From NCBI RefSeq assembly GCF_009914755.1, contig NC_060925.1: a stretch of DNA of 64,000 nt; one strand, written 5' to 3'. Shown here one piece after another: positions 54,007-64,000 of this stretch; the stretch's first letter is position 1; the number at the start of each line of letters is the position of its first letter. Source of the stretch: the human T2T-CHM13v2.0 reference genome, Homo sapiens. The position numbers and the translations under genes are program-made. A model generated the notes under the pieces. The model searched no databases. It saw nothing but the letters and a program-made list of their open reading frames with translations, and was not told the origin of the DNA.

Positions 54007-54097
54007 CTTGAAAAAAGAAACTACCAGGGCCTTCTGCTTAACAGCTCTGAGGATGCCGATTGCTGGAACAAGGCAAGATTATACCGATCTCTTACAG
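54005..54097 (+). other. Predicted 93-nt plus-strand internal exon
   Basis: Acceptor cttcttggtttccag| and donor CAG|GTAAGA. Confidence 0.3.
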
Positions 54098-55658
54098 GTA
54101 AGAAAACAATTGAGACAATGTTTTATCCACAATTTGACCTTCTTATTATTTGCACCACTTCACATTAGTCCCCCCCAAAAGAGGAAAAGTGTTTTCTATC
54201 TTAACACCAGCCAGCAAAACCATAGAGGTTTACAAAAATATATTTTTAGTACATTCCCAAATTGGAGCAGGAGGTCAGGTCAAGCTCAGGTTAAAAATGT
54301 TATGATATAAACACAAATTCATCACTGTTCCAGTCAGCAGATCATACATTCCAGAGTGGCAGGCAAGGACCATGATTTGTGTCACTGCAGAGAATGATAA
54401 ATCACTGTGGAAGACATAACAACCAGAATCGTCGCCACCATGTAATAGATCATGATGCACCCCGATCTTTTCCAAACGTTATTTACAGTTATCAGGGTTG
54501 AGGACAGCAAAGCACAAATGGATATTAATCTTTGCTCTCCCAGGGCTCGGCCGACTCAGGGTTCCTGTCTCTCAGACTCTGCCCATCATTTTCAGCAATG
54601 TGATAAGCTCTAGTTATGTGCAGTCTGTCCAAAAGGGATCAAATATAAATATTTCCAAAAAGAAAGAGTGTTTCAAACCCCATCAATCAAAGCCTTTGAG
54701 AACTCTGTTACTGTAGCATTCTGGAAAGGACTGCAATGTGAGAATTTGTTCCAGAAAGGAGCTACTGAAGTAAATGAATGAGGCCACGTTATAGAAAGAG
54801 GAGGGAGGTTGGGGTGAGGGTGGGAGGCTGGGCAGAGCTGGCCCCCAGAAAGCTGGAGCAAAGTGGCTTACCTAACCCACAACCCTGGCGCATGAACTGG
54901 AGACCTTTTCTTTAATGCCTATAATAGAACTGCTATTTTATCTTTATATACCTTCAGCTTTCCAACTGTACAAATTAAAGAGATGCCTGTTCCCCTGACA
55001 TCCAACATATGACCTTAGGTTAGAACTATGTTCACACCTTCTCAGTCCTAGACCCTGTCACTTTTGGAGGTCCCAACCCCACTCGATATCACACGTATTA
55101 GAATCTACTTCCATCCCGCATTAAATATAGAGGGTATTTTTTTTTGCTATAAAAATAAATTTTAAAATTATGATTTTGCTTTTGAAATTTTTTGGCTATG
55201 AATAATTTAAATCATGATTGGCAGTGGTTTCCTGGCAGTTCTTGTGCCTACTTAGGAATTCTTGCCTGCAAGACAGAAAAACCTATACATTGTTTTCAAG
55301 TGCAGTGTCATTTTTATTAATACTGAATTTAGCAATCGAGATAGCCATAATGCCATTTCTGCAAATAAAATATGTATTAATTTCAATTGTATAGTTTTCT
55401 TTTGGGGCCAATAAATGTTTCAATTCTCAAATAATTTCATAGGCCCCTTAATACCTTGTTGCCTAATGGAGAAGCATTGTGTGTTGGTGGTGAGGATCCC
55501 ATTCATTAGACCCTGAATTCCTGGGACCTAAGTTCCTCCCCCCCGCCCCACCCCCCCTCCCTGGCTATCTGGTATCTCTGTATTTCCCTCACAATAGAGC
55601 ACACAAAACTCATTTAGGTGCCCAAGGAAGCTGTCCTGTGGTGGAGGGAGCATCAGGG

Positions 55659-55704
55659 CAGTCCAGAGTCCACAGTCCACAGTCCACAGTCCACAGTCCA
55701 CAGT
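55659..55704. repeat. (CAGTCCA)n heptamer repeat
   Basis: About 6.5 units, one variant. Confidence 0.95.
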
Positions 55705-56619
55705 AGAGATCTGTTGCAAGGATGATCCCAAAGACTCAAAGAATAAGACCATCCCCTTTATGTGCTCCCAATTTTTGATCTCCTTTTCAATAGACCTTTA
55801 ACCCTTGAGATGACAGTCTCTCCTGACAAAGGCCCTATCCTTTCCCTTTCGAGACCCAAGGCATGCTTTTGAATCTATGCTCTGTCTATTGGCTCAGCAG
55901 TAAGTTTCCTTAGGAGTTAGGCCCTAGGTACACCCTTTCCAACATTTCTAACCGTGATAGAAACCAAGAGAATATGCAAATACCTCCTCCTCAGCTCAAT
56001 TTGGGGAGGGTGTGTATATGTGTGGGGGGAGTGTCTCCCTGATTTATCTCCCTGCTTTCATCTGCTTTCAGACCAGTGCAGAGAGATATAGCCTGTGAGG
56101 TATATTTTAACTATTCCTTCAGTTAAAATAGGCAGGACTAAGAATTCTTTTTTCTGCCTTTTTCTTATCTTTGATTACACTGGTGGGGTTCTTTGTCCCT
56201 TTCTGTGCTGCGGAGGCGCCCTCTTGGATCAGCCCCATCCTTCCTGCCTTGGGCAGTCCCTTTAGGTTGTGACTCTGACCCTGTAGGTTTCCCCTCAAAT
56301 CATCCAGAGTTGCACAAATCACATCTTGGCTTTACATCACTCTCTTCCCTCTGCACATCGCTCTACCCTCTGCACATCACTCTCCCCTCTGTGCATCGCC
56401 CACACTCAGCCCAGCAGACATCTCGGCATGAATAACCACACCATGACAAGATCTCCTTTCACAAAGCTTGGTTTACAAAGACCAAATCACAGGTAGCATT
56501 TTAAAGGCAACTCTCCATCACTTCAACTATGACTTCTAAAATACTCAAGATAACAGGTTTATGTTTTACTTTCTCTTAGCGTTTTGCCACCTTCCTGGTC
56601 ATTCCTAGTAAGTCTCTTG

Positions 56620-56945
56620 GTCCAGCTGTTACCTTCTCCCAGAAGCCCCTCCTAACACCCTGTTTGCAATCACCGCGGTCACCACTGCCTTCCAGTATTC
56701 TTGCTGCTAACTTTGTTCTGTTTTTTTTCTCTTTAAATAACTTGCCACTTTTTCACCTACAATGTGATTTACTTACTTATTATAATGTTGTAATGCATAT
56801 TTTTAAAGTCCCCTCTCCAGAACGTAAGATTTATAAGTACAGGAATTTTTGTCCGTTTACTCTCTGATACAGAACAAACATCTAGAACATTTCATGGCAC
56901 GTAGTAGATACTCAACAAATATTTGTTGAACAAATAAATGAATGA
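56620..56945 (+). mobile_element. L2 3' end
   Basis: ccttctcccagaagcccct...tggcacgtagtagatactcaacaaatatttgttgaacaaataaatgaatga. Confidence 0.85.
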
Positions 56946-57719
56946 TATTTCTTCCAGCCCTAAAGTCAGGGTCTTAGGTAAAAACCTCTCCTAGCTGGTG
57001 CTGTAGTTTCTTGATTAAATACTACCATTTATAAAGGTATTCAAGGTGTCTCATCTGAAAGTTTCCTGAAAACTGGTAGGTCCTTTTCTTCCTGGTCCGA
57101 CCCTTGCAGTGCAGCCATCTCATTAGTTGTGCGAACATGGCAGATGAGAGAACAGTTATCATCCAGTCAGGGCTTAGGGATGTGTGGTACAGAAATGGAA
57201 TTCCTTGTGTCTCAGAAGCCTTGTGTATTGAGCAAGCATACCCAATAGGCCCCCGACATCACCAGAACATGTCTTTGTTTAATTGGGAGTTCACTAATAA
57301 CAGGACTGAATGTGACAAATATAATGACACATTTATTTTGTCAAAATGCTCTTCTACAGCGCACCACAAACAAGTTACAACTATACCTATGAAAGAGAAG
57401 TCAAACCTGAAGAGACAAAATGTGGGAAAGATCCCATCTGTTTTTACTTTGCTTCAAAAGGCAGAACTTAAACCAACAGGTAGATACCTCAGGAAGGTGT
57501 TGGAGTACGAGGAAGAACATTCTTACAATTAGACCTATTCGGACATGAAATGGTTGCCTTGAATCTGGACGTCTCTGGTCCCTGGAAGAGTCACTCCGGA
57601 GCTGAACGTCACTGGTCAGGGACACTCTGAAGAGCTTTCCCAAAATGAGTGAAGGGTCAGACAGAGCAACCTTGGAGGACTAAGTCTATGAGACCATGGA
57701 TTGCAATGACTCAGTTCCT

Positions 57720-57880
57720 TGATAACCACCCTCCTACTCTCTGTTTCTATGAGTTCGACTCTTTTAGATTCTGCACAGAAAAGAGATCGTGCAGTATTTT
57801 CTTTCTGTACCTGGTTTATTTCACTGAGTATAGTGTCCTCCAGGTTCACTCACGTTGTTGCAAATGGCAGGATTTCCAAT
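57720..57880 (-). mobile_element. L1M fragment
   Basis: ORF 57616-57849 begins (L/M)NLEDTILSEINQVQK, the L1 ORF2 C-terminus. Confidence 0.85.
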
Positions 57881-58220
57881 TCCTGGTCCTCTCCTCTCCT
57901 CTGAAAACCAGGAATATTACCTTAGCTGGGAGATGAGTAAACTGAGGCATGAGAAAACTGAACAGATGACCCGAATTTTCACAGTGAAAACTCATGAAAA
58001 GAGCATCTATTTTTCTTTCCTTCGCATCTTTCCTTCTTTCCTTCGCATCAGATATAATTAACTTTCAAAGTGAAACGTATCAATCAAACATGAAGGGCAA
58101 GGCAGAAATGTTTCCATATTCCTTCTACTCGGATAAAACAGAATCAGCTCCTAGCCTTCAAAATTCACTTCACAGAATCCAGAATGAAGTTGAAGTAACC
58201 TAATGGGAATTTGTGCAACT

Positions 58221-58520
58221 TGTTTTTTGTTGTTGTTGTTGTTTTTTGAGACACTCTGTGGCTCAGGCTGGAGTGCAGTGACACCATCTTGGCTCACTGC
58301 AGCCTCCGCCTCCTGGGTTCCAGCGATTCTCCCGTCTCAGCCTTCCGAGTAGCTTGGATTACAGGCACGCGCCACCACACCCGGCTAATTTTTGTATTTT
58401 TAGTAGAGATGGTGTTTCACCATGTTGGCCAGGCTGGTCTCGAACTCCAGACCTCAAGTGATCCGCCCGCCTCAGCCTCCCAAAGTGCTGGGATTACAGG
58501 TATGAGCCACTGCCCCAGCC
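58221..58520 (-). mobile_element. AluS SINE
   Basis: Antisense Alu with (TTG)n tail. Confidence 0.96.
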
Positions 58521-58694
58521 CACCACCATTTTTAATTGCCTCTCAGAGTAGTCAAAAACATTCCAAAAGGGAGAAGATAGGGAACAGATAAAGTGAGTGC
58601 CAGAGGGGTTCACAGGAGCAGCATAGACTCATAGGCTGAAAGCCTGAAAGAGCGCTGCCTCTGAGCATGAGATGACTTAAAAACTTAAAGTACT

Positions 58695-58975
58695 GTTCAG
58701 GAACAGTGGCTCACGCTTGTAATCCCAGCTCTTTAGGAGGCAGAGGCAGGTGGATCATGAGGTCAGGAGTTTGAGACCAGCTTGGCCAACATGGTAAAAC
58801 CTTGTCTCTACCAAGAATACAAAAATTAGCCGGGCGTGGTGGTGGCCGCTTGTAATCTCAGCTAATCATGAGGCATAAGAATCGCTTGAATCCGGGACGC
58901 AGAGGTTGCAGTGAGCTAAGATCCCACCCCTGCACTCCAGCTTGGGCAACGGCGGGAGACTCCGTCTCAAAAAAA
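58695..58975 (+). mobile_element. AluSg-like SINE
   Basis: ggatcatgaggtcaggagtttgagaccagc; short A-tail. Confidence 0.94.
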
Positions 58976-60109
58976 GAAAGTAACCATTTTGCAACCCCTG
59001 AAGAAATAACTGACTTGGGTAAAGACAGTCAAAAACTTTAAGTGATAGCCAATACCATTAGCATGATGCTTCTCAGATAGATGCTCAGATAGTAGTTACC
59101 ATCAGCACCCTTTCCCCTAAGCTCTGAAGGAGTCATTCAAACGGTTCGTGTTGAGCCTATCTGTAAAGCTAGACTTGTGTCCCATTAAAAGTTGCATCTA
59201 AGGAATCCGATAATCAGTTTCAAAACACCCAAAGACTACAGCTGTGGCCACCGCTCACCTGCCTGCTCCCGGATGGAGGGACAAGGGCGGGAAGATTTGA
59301 GGGGAGCTGTGTGTCTTCCAGGCTCCAGGAACTCTTAGTCTGCTCCACGACGGGAAAACAGGAAGTTGGCAGAGGCTGGAATTGTGTAGATTTTAGTTTC
59401 AGAATTGGAAGGGGCGATACAATTTATTACTCTGTACGTGCTAGATATTTTCAAGTGAGTCAAACTTCATGAGACTAGGAGCCGCTTTGGAGTATTTTCA
59501 TTAGGAAATCTTGAGTCTTAAGAGTTTGGAAGGTCATTTTTCTGATGAAGAAGAGAGGATATCACCTATCAGGAAGATGTGGATTCTAAAGACAAAGTGA
59601 TGCCATTAAAGAAAATTAACATGGTTTTGAAGATTTAGCCCATCAAGAATCCTGAGGTTCCAAACTTGGAAACTCATAGAAGTCCATCACTGCAGGGTCT
59701 TAGGGTCATTTTCCCTCTATTGAACACACCACTGTGTTGAGTACGAGCTTCTTGCATTCTCACCACGTCTCCCTGAATGCTCCTTCTTCCCCTTGTCCTT
59801 GGGCTGGGTTGTAACATAGTCAGACACCTTCAAGCTGTGGACTGAGTTTTTATAAACCTATTTGCCCACAAGGAGATGAGCGGGGTGGTTCCGGGGAACA
59901 ATTATTTATCCATTTTAGTTCTTTAATCAACTATAATCTGAACCCCTTCTAAAATTAAGGAGAGGCTTACTAAAGGTCATTGGAAAGCTGACATGCATTA
60001 CTCCTGCCTCATAATTGGACATCACACCTCGTTTGTGATTCTTTTTGAGCTATAAGGTATCAAGTGTGAGGGTTATCTCTCTTTACTCTTTCTTTCCTCA
60101 AATAATCTC

Positions 60110-60132
60110 TCTCTCTCTCTCTTTCTTTCCTT

Positions 60133-60163
<31 letters not shown>

Positions 60164-60442
60164 GACACAGAGTCTGTCTGTCGCCCAGGCTGGAGTGCAG
60201 TGGCATGATATCGGCTCACTCAACCTCCACCTCCTGGGTTCAAGCAATTGTCCTGTCTCAGTCTCCCGGGTAGCTGGAATTACAGGTGTGCACCACCACA
60301 CCTGGCTAATTTTTGTATTTTTAATAGAGACCAGGTTTTGCCATGTTGGCCAGGCTGGTGTTGAACTCCTGGCCTCAAGTGATCCACCGTCCTTGGCCTC
60401 CCAAAGTGCTGGGATTACAGGCATGAACCACTGCACTAGGCC
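60110..60442 (-). mobile_element. AluS SINE
   Basis: Antisense Alu with long T run; TSD caaa(t/c)aatct. Confidence 0.96.
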
Positions 60443-60641
60443 ACAAACAATCTTTTTGCTCATGTTCACAAAACTGGCACCCTACTTCTTTTCTCCTTTT
60501 TAAGGACATAGCACCAAATCTTGCTTGAGTGCTCTAATGCCCTGAATTTTGGAAGATGAAGTGCTATCCTTCAAACCACCTCTAAACTGTGACAATTTCC
60601 TTACCATGGAGGGTATGTTTGAGGAAGAGAAATATCTAGAG

Positions 60642-60865
60642 CAGGAGCCATTAAACTATGGCCTGTGGGCCAAATTGGGCCTGCCACCTACCTTTTAAAA
60701 TAAAGTTTTATTAGAACATAGCCATGTACATTTGTCTATATACTGTCAATGGCTTCTTTGGGGCTAAAACAGCTGAGTTGAATAGTGGCCACAGAAGCTG
60801 TATGGCCCACCCAGTCTAAAATATTCACTATTTGGCCCTTTACAGGAAGAATTTGCTGATCTCTG
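60642..60865 (+). mobile_element. MER58A hAT-Charlie MITE
   Basis: cagg...aaactatggcctgtgggccaaa...aataaagttttattagaacatagcca...ggccctttacag...tttgctgatctctg, with 8-bp NTCTAGAN TSDs (atctagag / gtctagaa). Confidence 0.92.
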
Positions 60866-62439
60866 GTCTAGAATACCATATGATAGAAATAGCTCGTGAT
60901 AGGAAGTTGAAAAATCAGCAGCCAAGACTCAGCTGTATCTCTAATGACCTCTGCAGCTGTGGACGAGTCACTTGACCTCTCTGTTTCTTCATCTGGAAAA
61001 CAAGAGAGGTGGCCTATATGTTCTCGAAGTTTCTTTCAAAGACTTAAACTTTGTAATCTGTTTTCTCCTGGGCCAGCTCTAAGCCAACACTATAACTCCA
61101 AAAGGTTTCTGGCACCATCCTGTCACCTGGTGTCAGGAACACCCCTGATCCCCATTCCACAAGCTCCTTCCATTGGGTTGTGCACTATCAGGAAGGCCCT
61201 TCCTCCGTCCTCATCATAATGTACATGTCCTTTCTTCAGGTACTTGCTCTGTGACTGATCAGGCAAATCTAACAAACTAACCCCAGCTGCAGCCACTCAG
61301 CTATAGCCGTGCAGGCTTGGCACAACCTCAAGTTATTTCCCGTGTCCAGGAACGTAGGGCAAAGTTCTCATTCTCCATACACTCTCCTTAGAGAAATGAA
61401 CAAAAACCAGAAGCCCCAAAAATTTAAAAAAACTCTACATCACCTTTCATCGAGAATGAGAGATCTCTCCATGGCAATCCTTTTTAAAATCATCTTGCGC
61501 AAGTCTTGGTGGTCCAATTCTACGGTCATCCATGGAACAGCTGACAAGAACCTCCTGTCTGTCTTTGGAGAACCTCTGCTACGTGAGATGAAATACTTGC
61601 CGTGTCTGTAACTCACTGTGAGACCAGGCGTGGAGTATTTAACCTCTCTGGGCCTCAGGGCCTCAGGCTGCTCCATGTGCAGAGTGGAAATAACTGTGTC
61701 CACCTTGTAGGTTTGTTCCAAGATTACAGCAAAGGATATCAAATCCTTCATAAAAGTATTCTCACTAAAGTGATGTATCTTCAAAAAATGTGTCCTCCTG
61801 GGTAGCCGTTACCGCCCCTGCCTGCGTTCCTCCCTGCGGAGGAGACCTGGATGGGCCAGCCTTCCACAGCTTGCCTCTCTGAGGCCCTTAGGTAGTTTAG
61901 AAAAGCTGGAAAAGTGTCAGATGGAAGTCTCTAGGAATGCCAGGGAACCAGACTCCAGTGTGCTTCCATTTCAACCCCTGTCACCTCTCTGAAGCCAGAG
62001 GGGAGTATGGGGGTGGTCATATTAGGGGATGGCAACCAGGGCTGCCCTTCCTGGGATCACTGAATCAGCCCTTTCTTCTGGATCTCAGAGTTACAGCAGT
62101 TCACGGATCCTTGCCTAATTATTTTCTTACTGAAACTGATTTTTGCTTTTGACCTCCCAAATTAAGTCTAGTAACTCCTCCAGGGGAGGTACCATGTTTT
62201 ACTCACCTCTGTGCGGTGTATACAGGGCCTGGCACAGGGCTCAGCATATAGTCAGCGGCTACTCAATGATAGGATATTAATCATGATTGATTAATAGATG
62301 AATTAATAAATAAAGAAGTTAATTGACTGGATATTTGGGAAGAGAAGCCTTGAATATGTAGCCTCATTCTTCATATAAAACAAGGATGGAAACAGAAGGG
62401 GAAGATAAGGGAACTGTAAACAGAGAGGATTCTGGAAAG

Positions 62440-62760
62440 GAAAAATGGTACCCAGCAAAAGCCGGAACTAGCAGCAGCCTACGGTGGCCCAACCACGAGC
62501 AGGCCAATTGTCCAACTCCAGGATGCTCGGCACCAGTCCCCAATCTCCAAGCCGCCAGGCCTCCCCGGGCTCGGTGTCAGAGCCCATGCTGCTGTCGGGA
62601 GCAGTCATGCGTGTTACCTCGGCAGCTCAGGCCTCACGGAGCTGTGCCAATTTACCTTCTGCTACAAGGGCCAAGTCACTTCATCCAGCAACTCTGCAGA
62701 CCCCTGTCCCCTCTCTGACATTTGGGGGATGGCAGCTCCTCGCCTGTAGCAAATAGTTTC
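62440..62760. promoter_or_regulatory. GC/CpG-enriched non-repetitive segment, possible promoter or enhancer
   Basis: Local rise in GC and CpG; ETS-like ccggaa; CCAAT motifs. Confidence 0.3.
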
Positions 62761-63309
62761 AAAGAAAAATGCAAAAGCAATCCCCTTTCTTCTGGCTAAG
62801 AGAGTCCCCCAGTGTGTCAGGTTTACTACTGAGGCATCAGTTATGAACAGTTTCTGTCTATGTTTCTGTAGTCCTGTAGGGTTCCCTGCTTTCTCTTAGG
62901 GACACCGCACAGGCCCACGCTCAGCCCTGGGCAGCCTGGGCCCACCTCCATAATGCTGAGCGACGGTGCACCTTTCCCCAGGTGCTGCTTGTGCAGTTCC
63001 TTGTGCTTTGAGAAACCCTCATGTCATCTGGGGCTGAGCAGAGGACACACAGCCACAGTTCATTCTCACTTGTTTTGGTTCAGCTTTAGATGCTGTTGTT
63101 CCTCTCTCTGTTCTGGGCAGTTCAGGACTTAAGGTTGTTAAAGGCTTCTGAGATGTGAGGTCAGTTCCTCTGTGGGTGATGTATTCCCAGCTTTTCAAGG
63201 CCCACAGAGGCACACTCTGCCACTGTCCTTGAGTAAGCGAGAGGACCCTCCAGATGCCACGTGGGAACCGTGATCACGGCATCTTCACCTGTTTTTGGAG
63301 ACAGGTGAT

Positions 63310-63770
63310 TAGTGGTGAAGAACCCTGTGGATTCAACTCATGTCTCTGCAACTTACCAGTTGGGTGTCCTTCAACAAGTTATTATTTTCTCTGTGCCTCA
63401 ATTTTCTCATCTGAGAAATAGGAGTGAGGATGGTGCCCACTTCGTAGGGTTGCTGTGAGTCAGATGAGTTAACATACAACATGCTAGAGACACTAGTGCT
63501 TCATGTTAGCAATTATTACAATCCCCAGGTCGTACAGTCTTGGGGACCCAGCCTTAATCTTCAGTGTTGACTGCTTATGGGAAATACTGGCTCTGCCTCT
63601 CGCTAGCTGTGTGATCCTGGAGAGAACACAGCTGCTCTGCATCTCGGTTTTCTTACCAGAAAATGCAACAATACCTATAGCTACAGAGTTGCTATGCAAA
63701 TCAAATGAAGTCCTACAGATGAAAATGCTCCGTGAAGAGCTTAAAGCCATACAAATGCTAAGTGATGGGG
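63310..63770 (+). mobile_element. Two tandem MIR fragments
   Basis: ttctctgtgcctcaattttctcatctgagaaatagg (63388) and ctagctgtgtgatcctgg...tctcggttttcttaccagaaaatg (63603). Confidence 0.8.
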
Positions 63771-64000
63771 TAATACTGTCTAGAACGGATGACTGAGCTG
63801 TTCTTTCTTTAAAAACATCTTTCCTGGGGGAGGGATTCCAGAATTTGCCCTTGCTGCATGCTGCCTGGATGGCGAATAAGTTCTTTATGTTGCTTTAACG
63901 GAATTTCTCCCATTTGGTCCTATGAAAGCACAAGCAAAAATTAGTCCTCACCAGCTCACAAGACAAGGAAGTGGAAAAGGCCAGGCCAGAGGGCATGTGG

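Noticed and set aside
54872-54918. Possible additional 47-nt minus-strand exon (donor TAG|GTAAGC)
   Set aside because: The acceptor has a poor pyrimidine tract, so it was left out of the model.
57104-57532. 142-aa ORF
   Set aside because: Non-ATG start, no homology recognised and no convincing splice context.

Overview
Simian-primate (most likely human) non-coding genomic DNA, intergenic or deep-intronic. I find no credible annotated protein-coding exon, rRNA, tRNA or CRISPR array, and I could not identify the locus. A large fraction is interspersed repeat: 16 Alu/FRAM copies, old L1M fragments, many L2 and MIR relics, ERVL/MaLR LTRs (MSTB, MLT1D, MLT1G, MLT2, MER74A), two solo MER41 LTRs, and hAT DNA-transposon relics (MER20, MER58A, a Charlie transposase fossil). 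Most ORFs in the track are Alu, L1, LTR or low-complexity artefacts. Points worth a second look: (1) a decayed L1-clade ORF2 endonuclease at ~1.7-3.0 kb that reads more like non-mammalian vertebrate L1 than L1M/L1P; (2) a cluster of well-formed splice signals on both strands at 51.7-54.1 kb, suggesting overlapping sense/antisense spliced transcripts with a spliced ORF of at least 155 codons; (3) a MER41B/MER41A pair differing in STAT1 GAS content; (4) CpG-rich regulatory-like islands at 20.5, 35.6-36.1 and 62.4 kb; (5) several small rearrangement scars (templated 121-bp insertion, perfect 60-bp tandem duplication, thrice-repeated target site, 41-bp micro-retroinsertion, template-switch hairpins). 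Repeat subfamily calls come from recalled consensus sequences and old-repeat boundaries are approximate. I see no firm evidence of a wholly new biological system.
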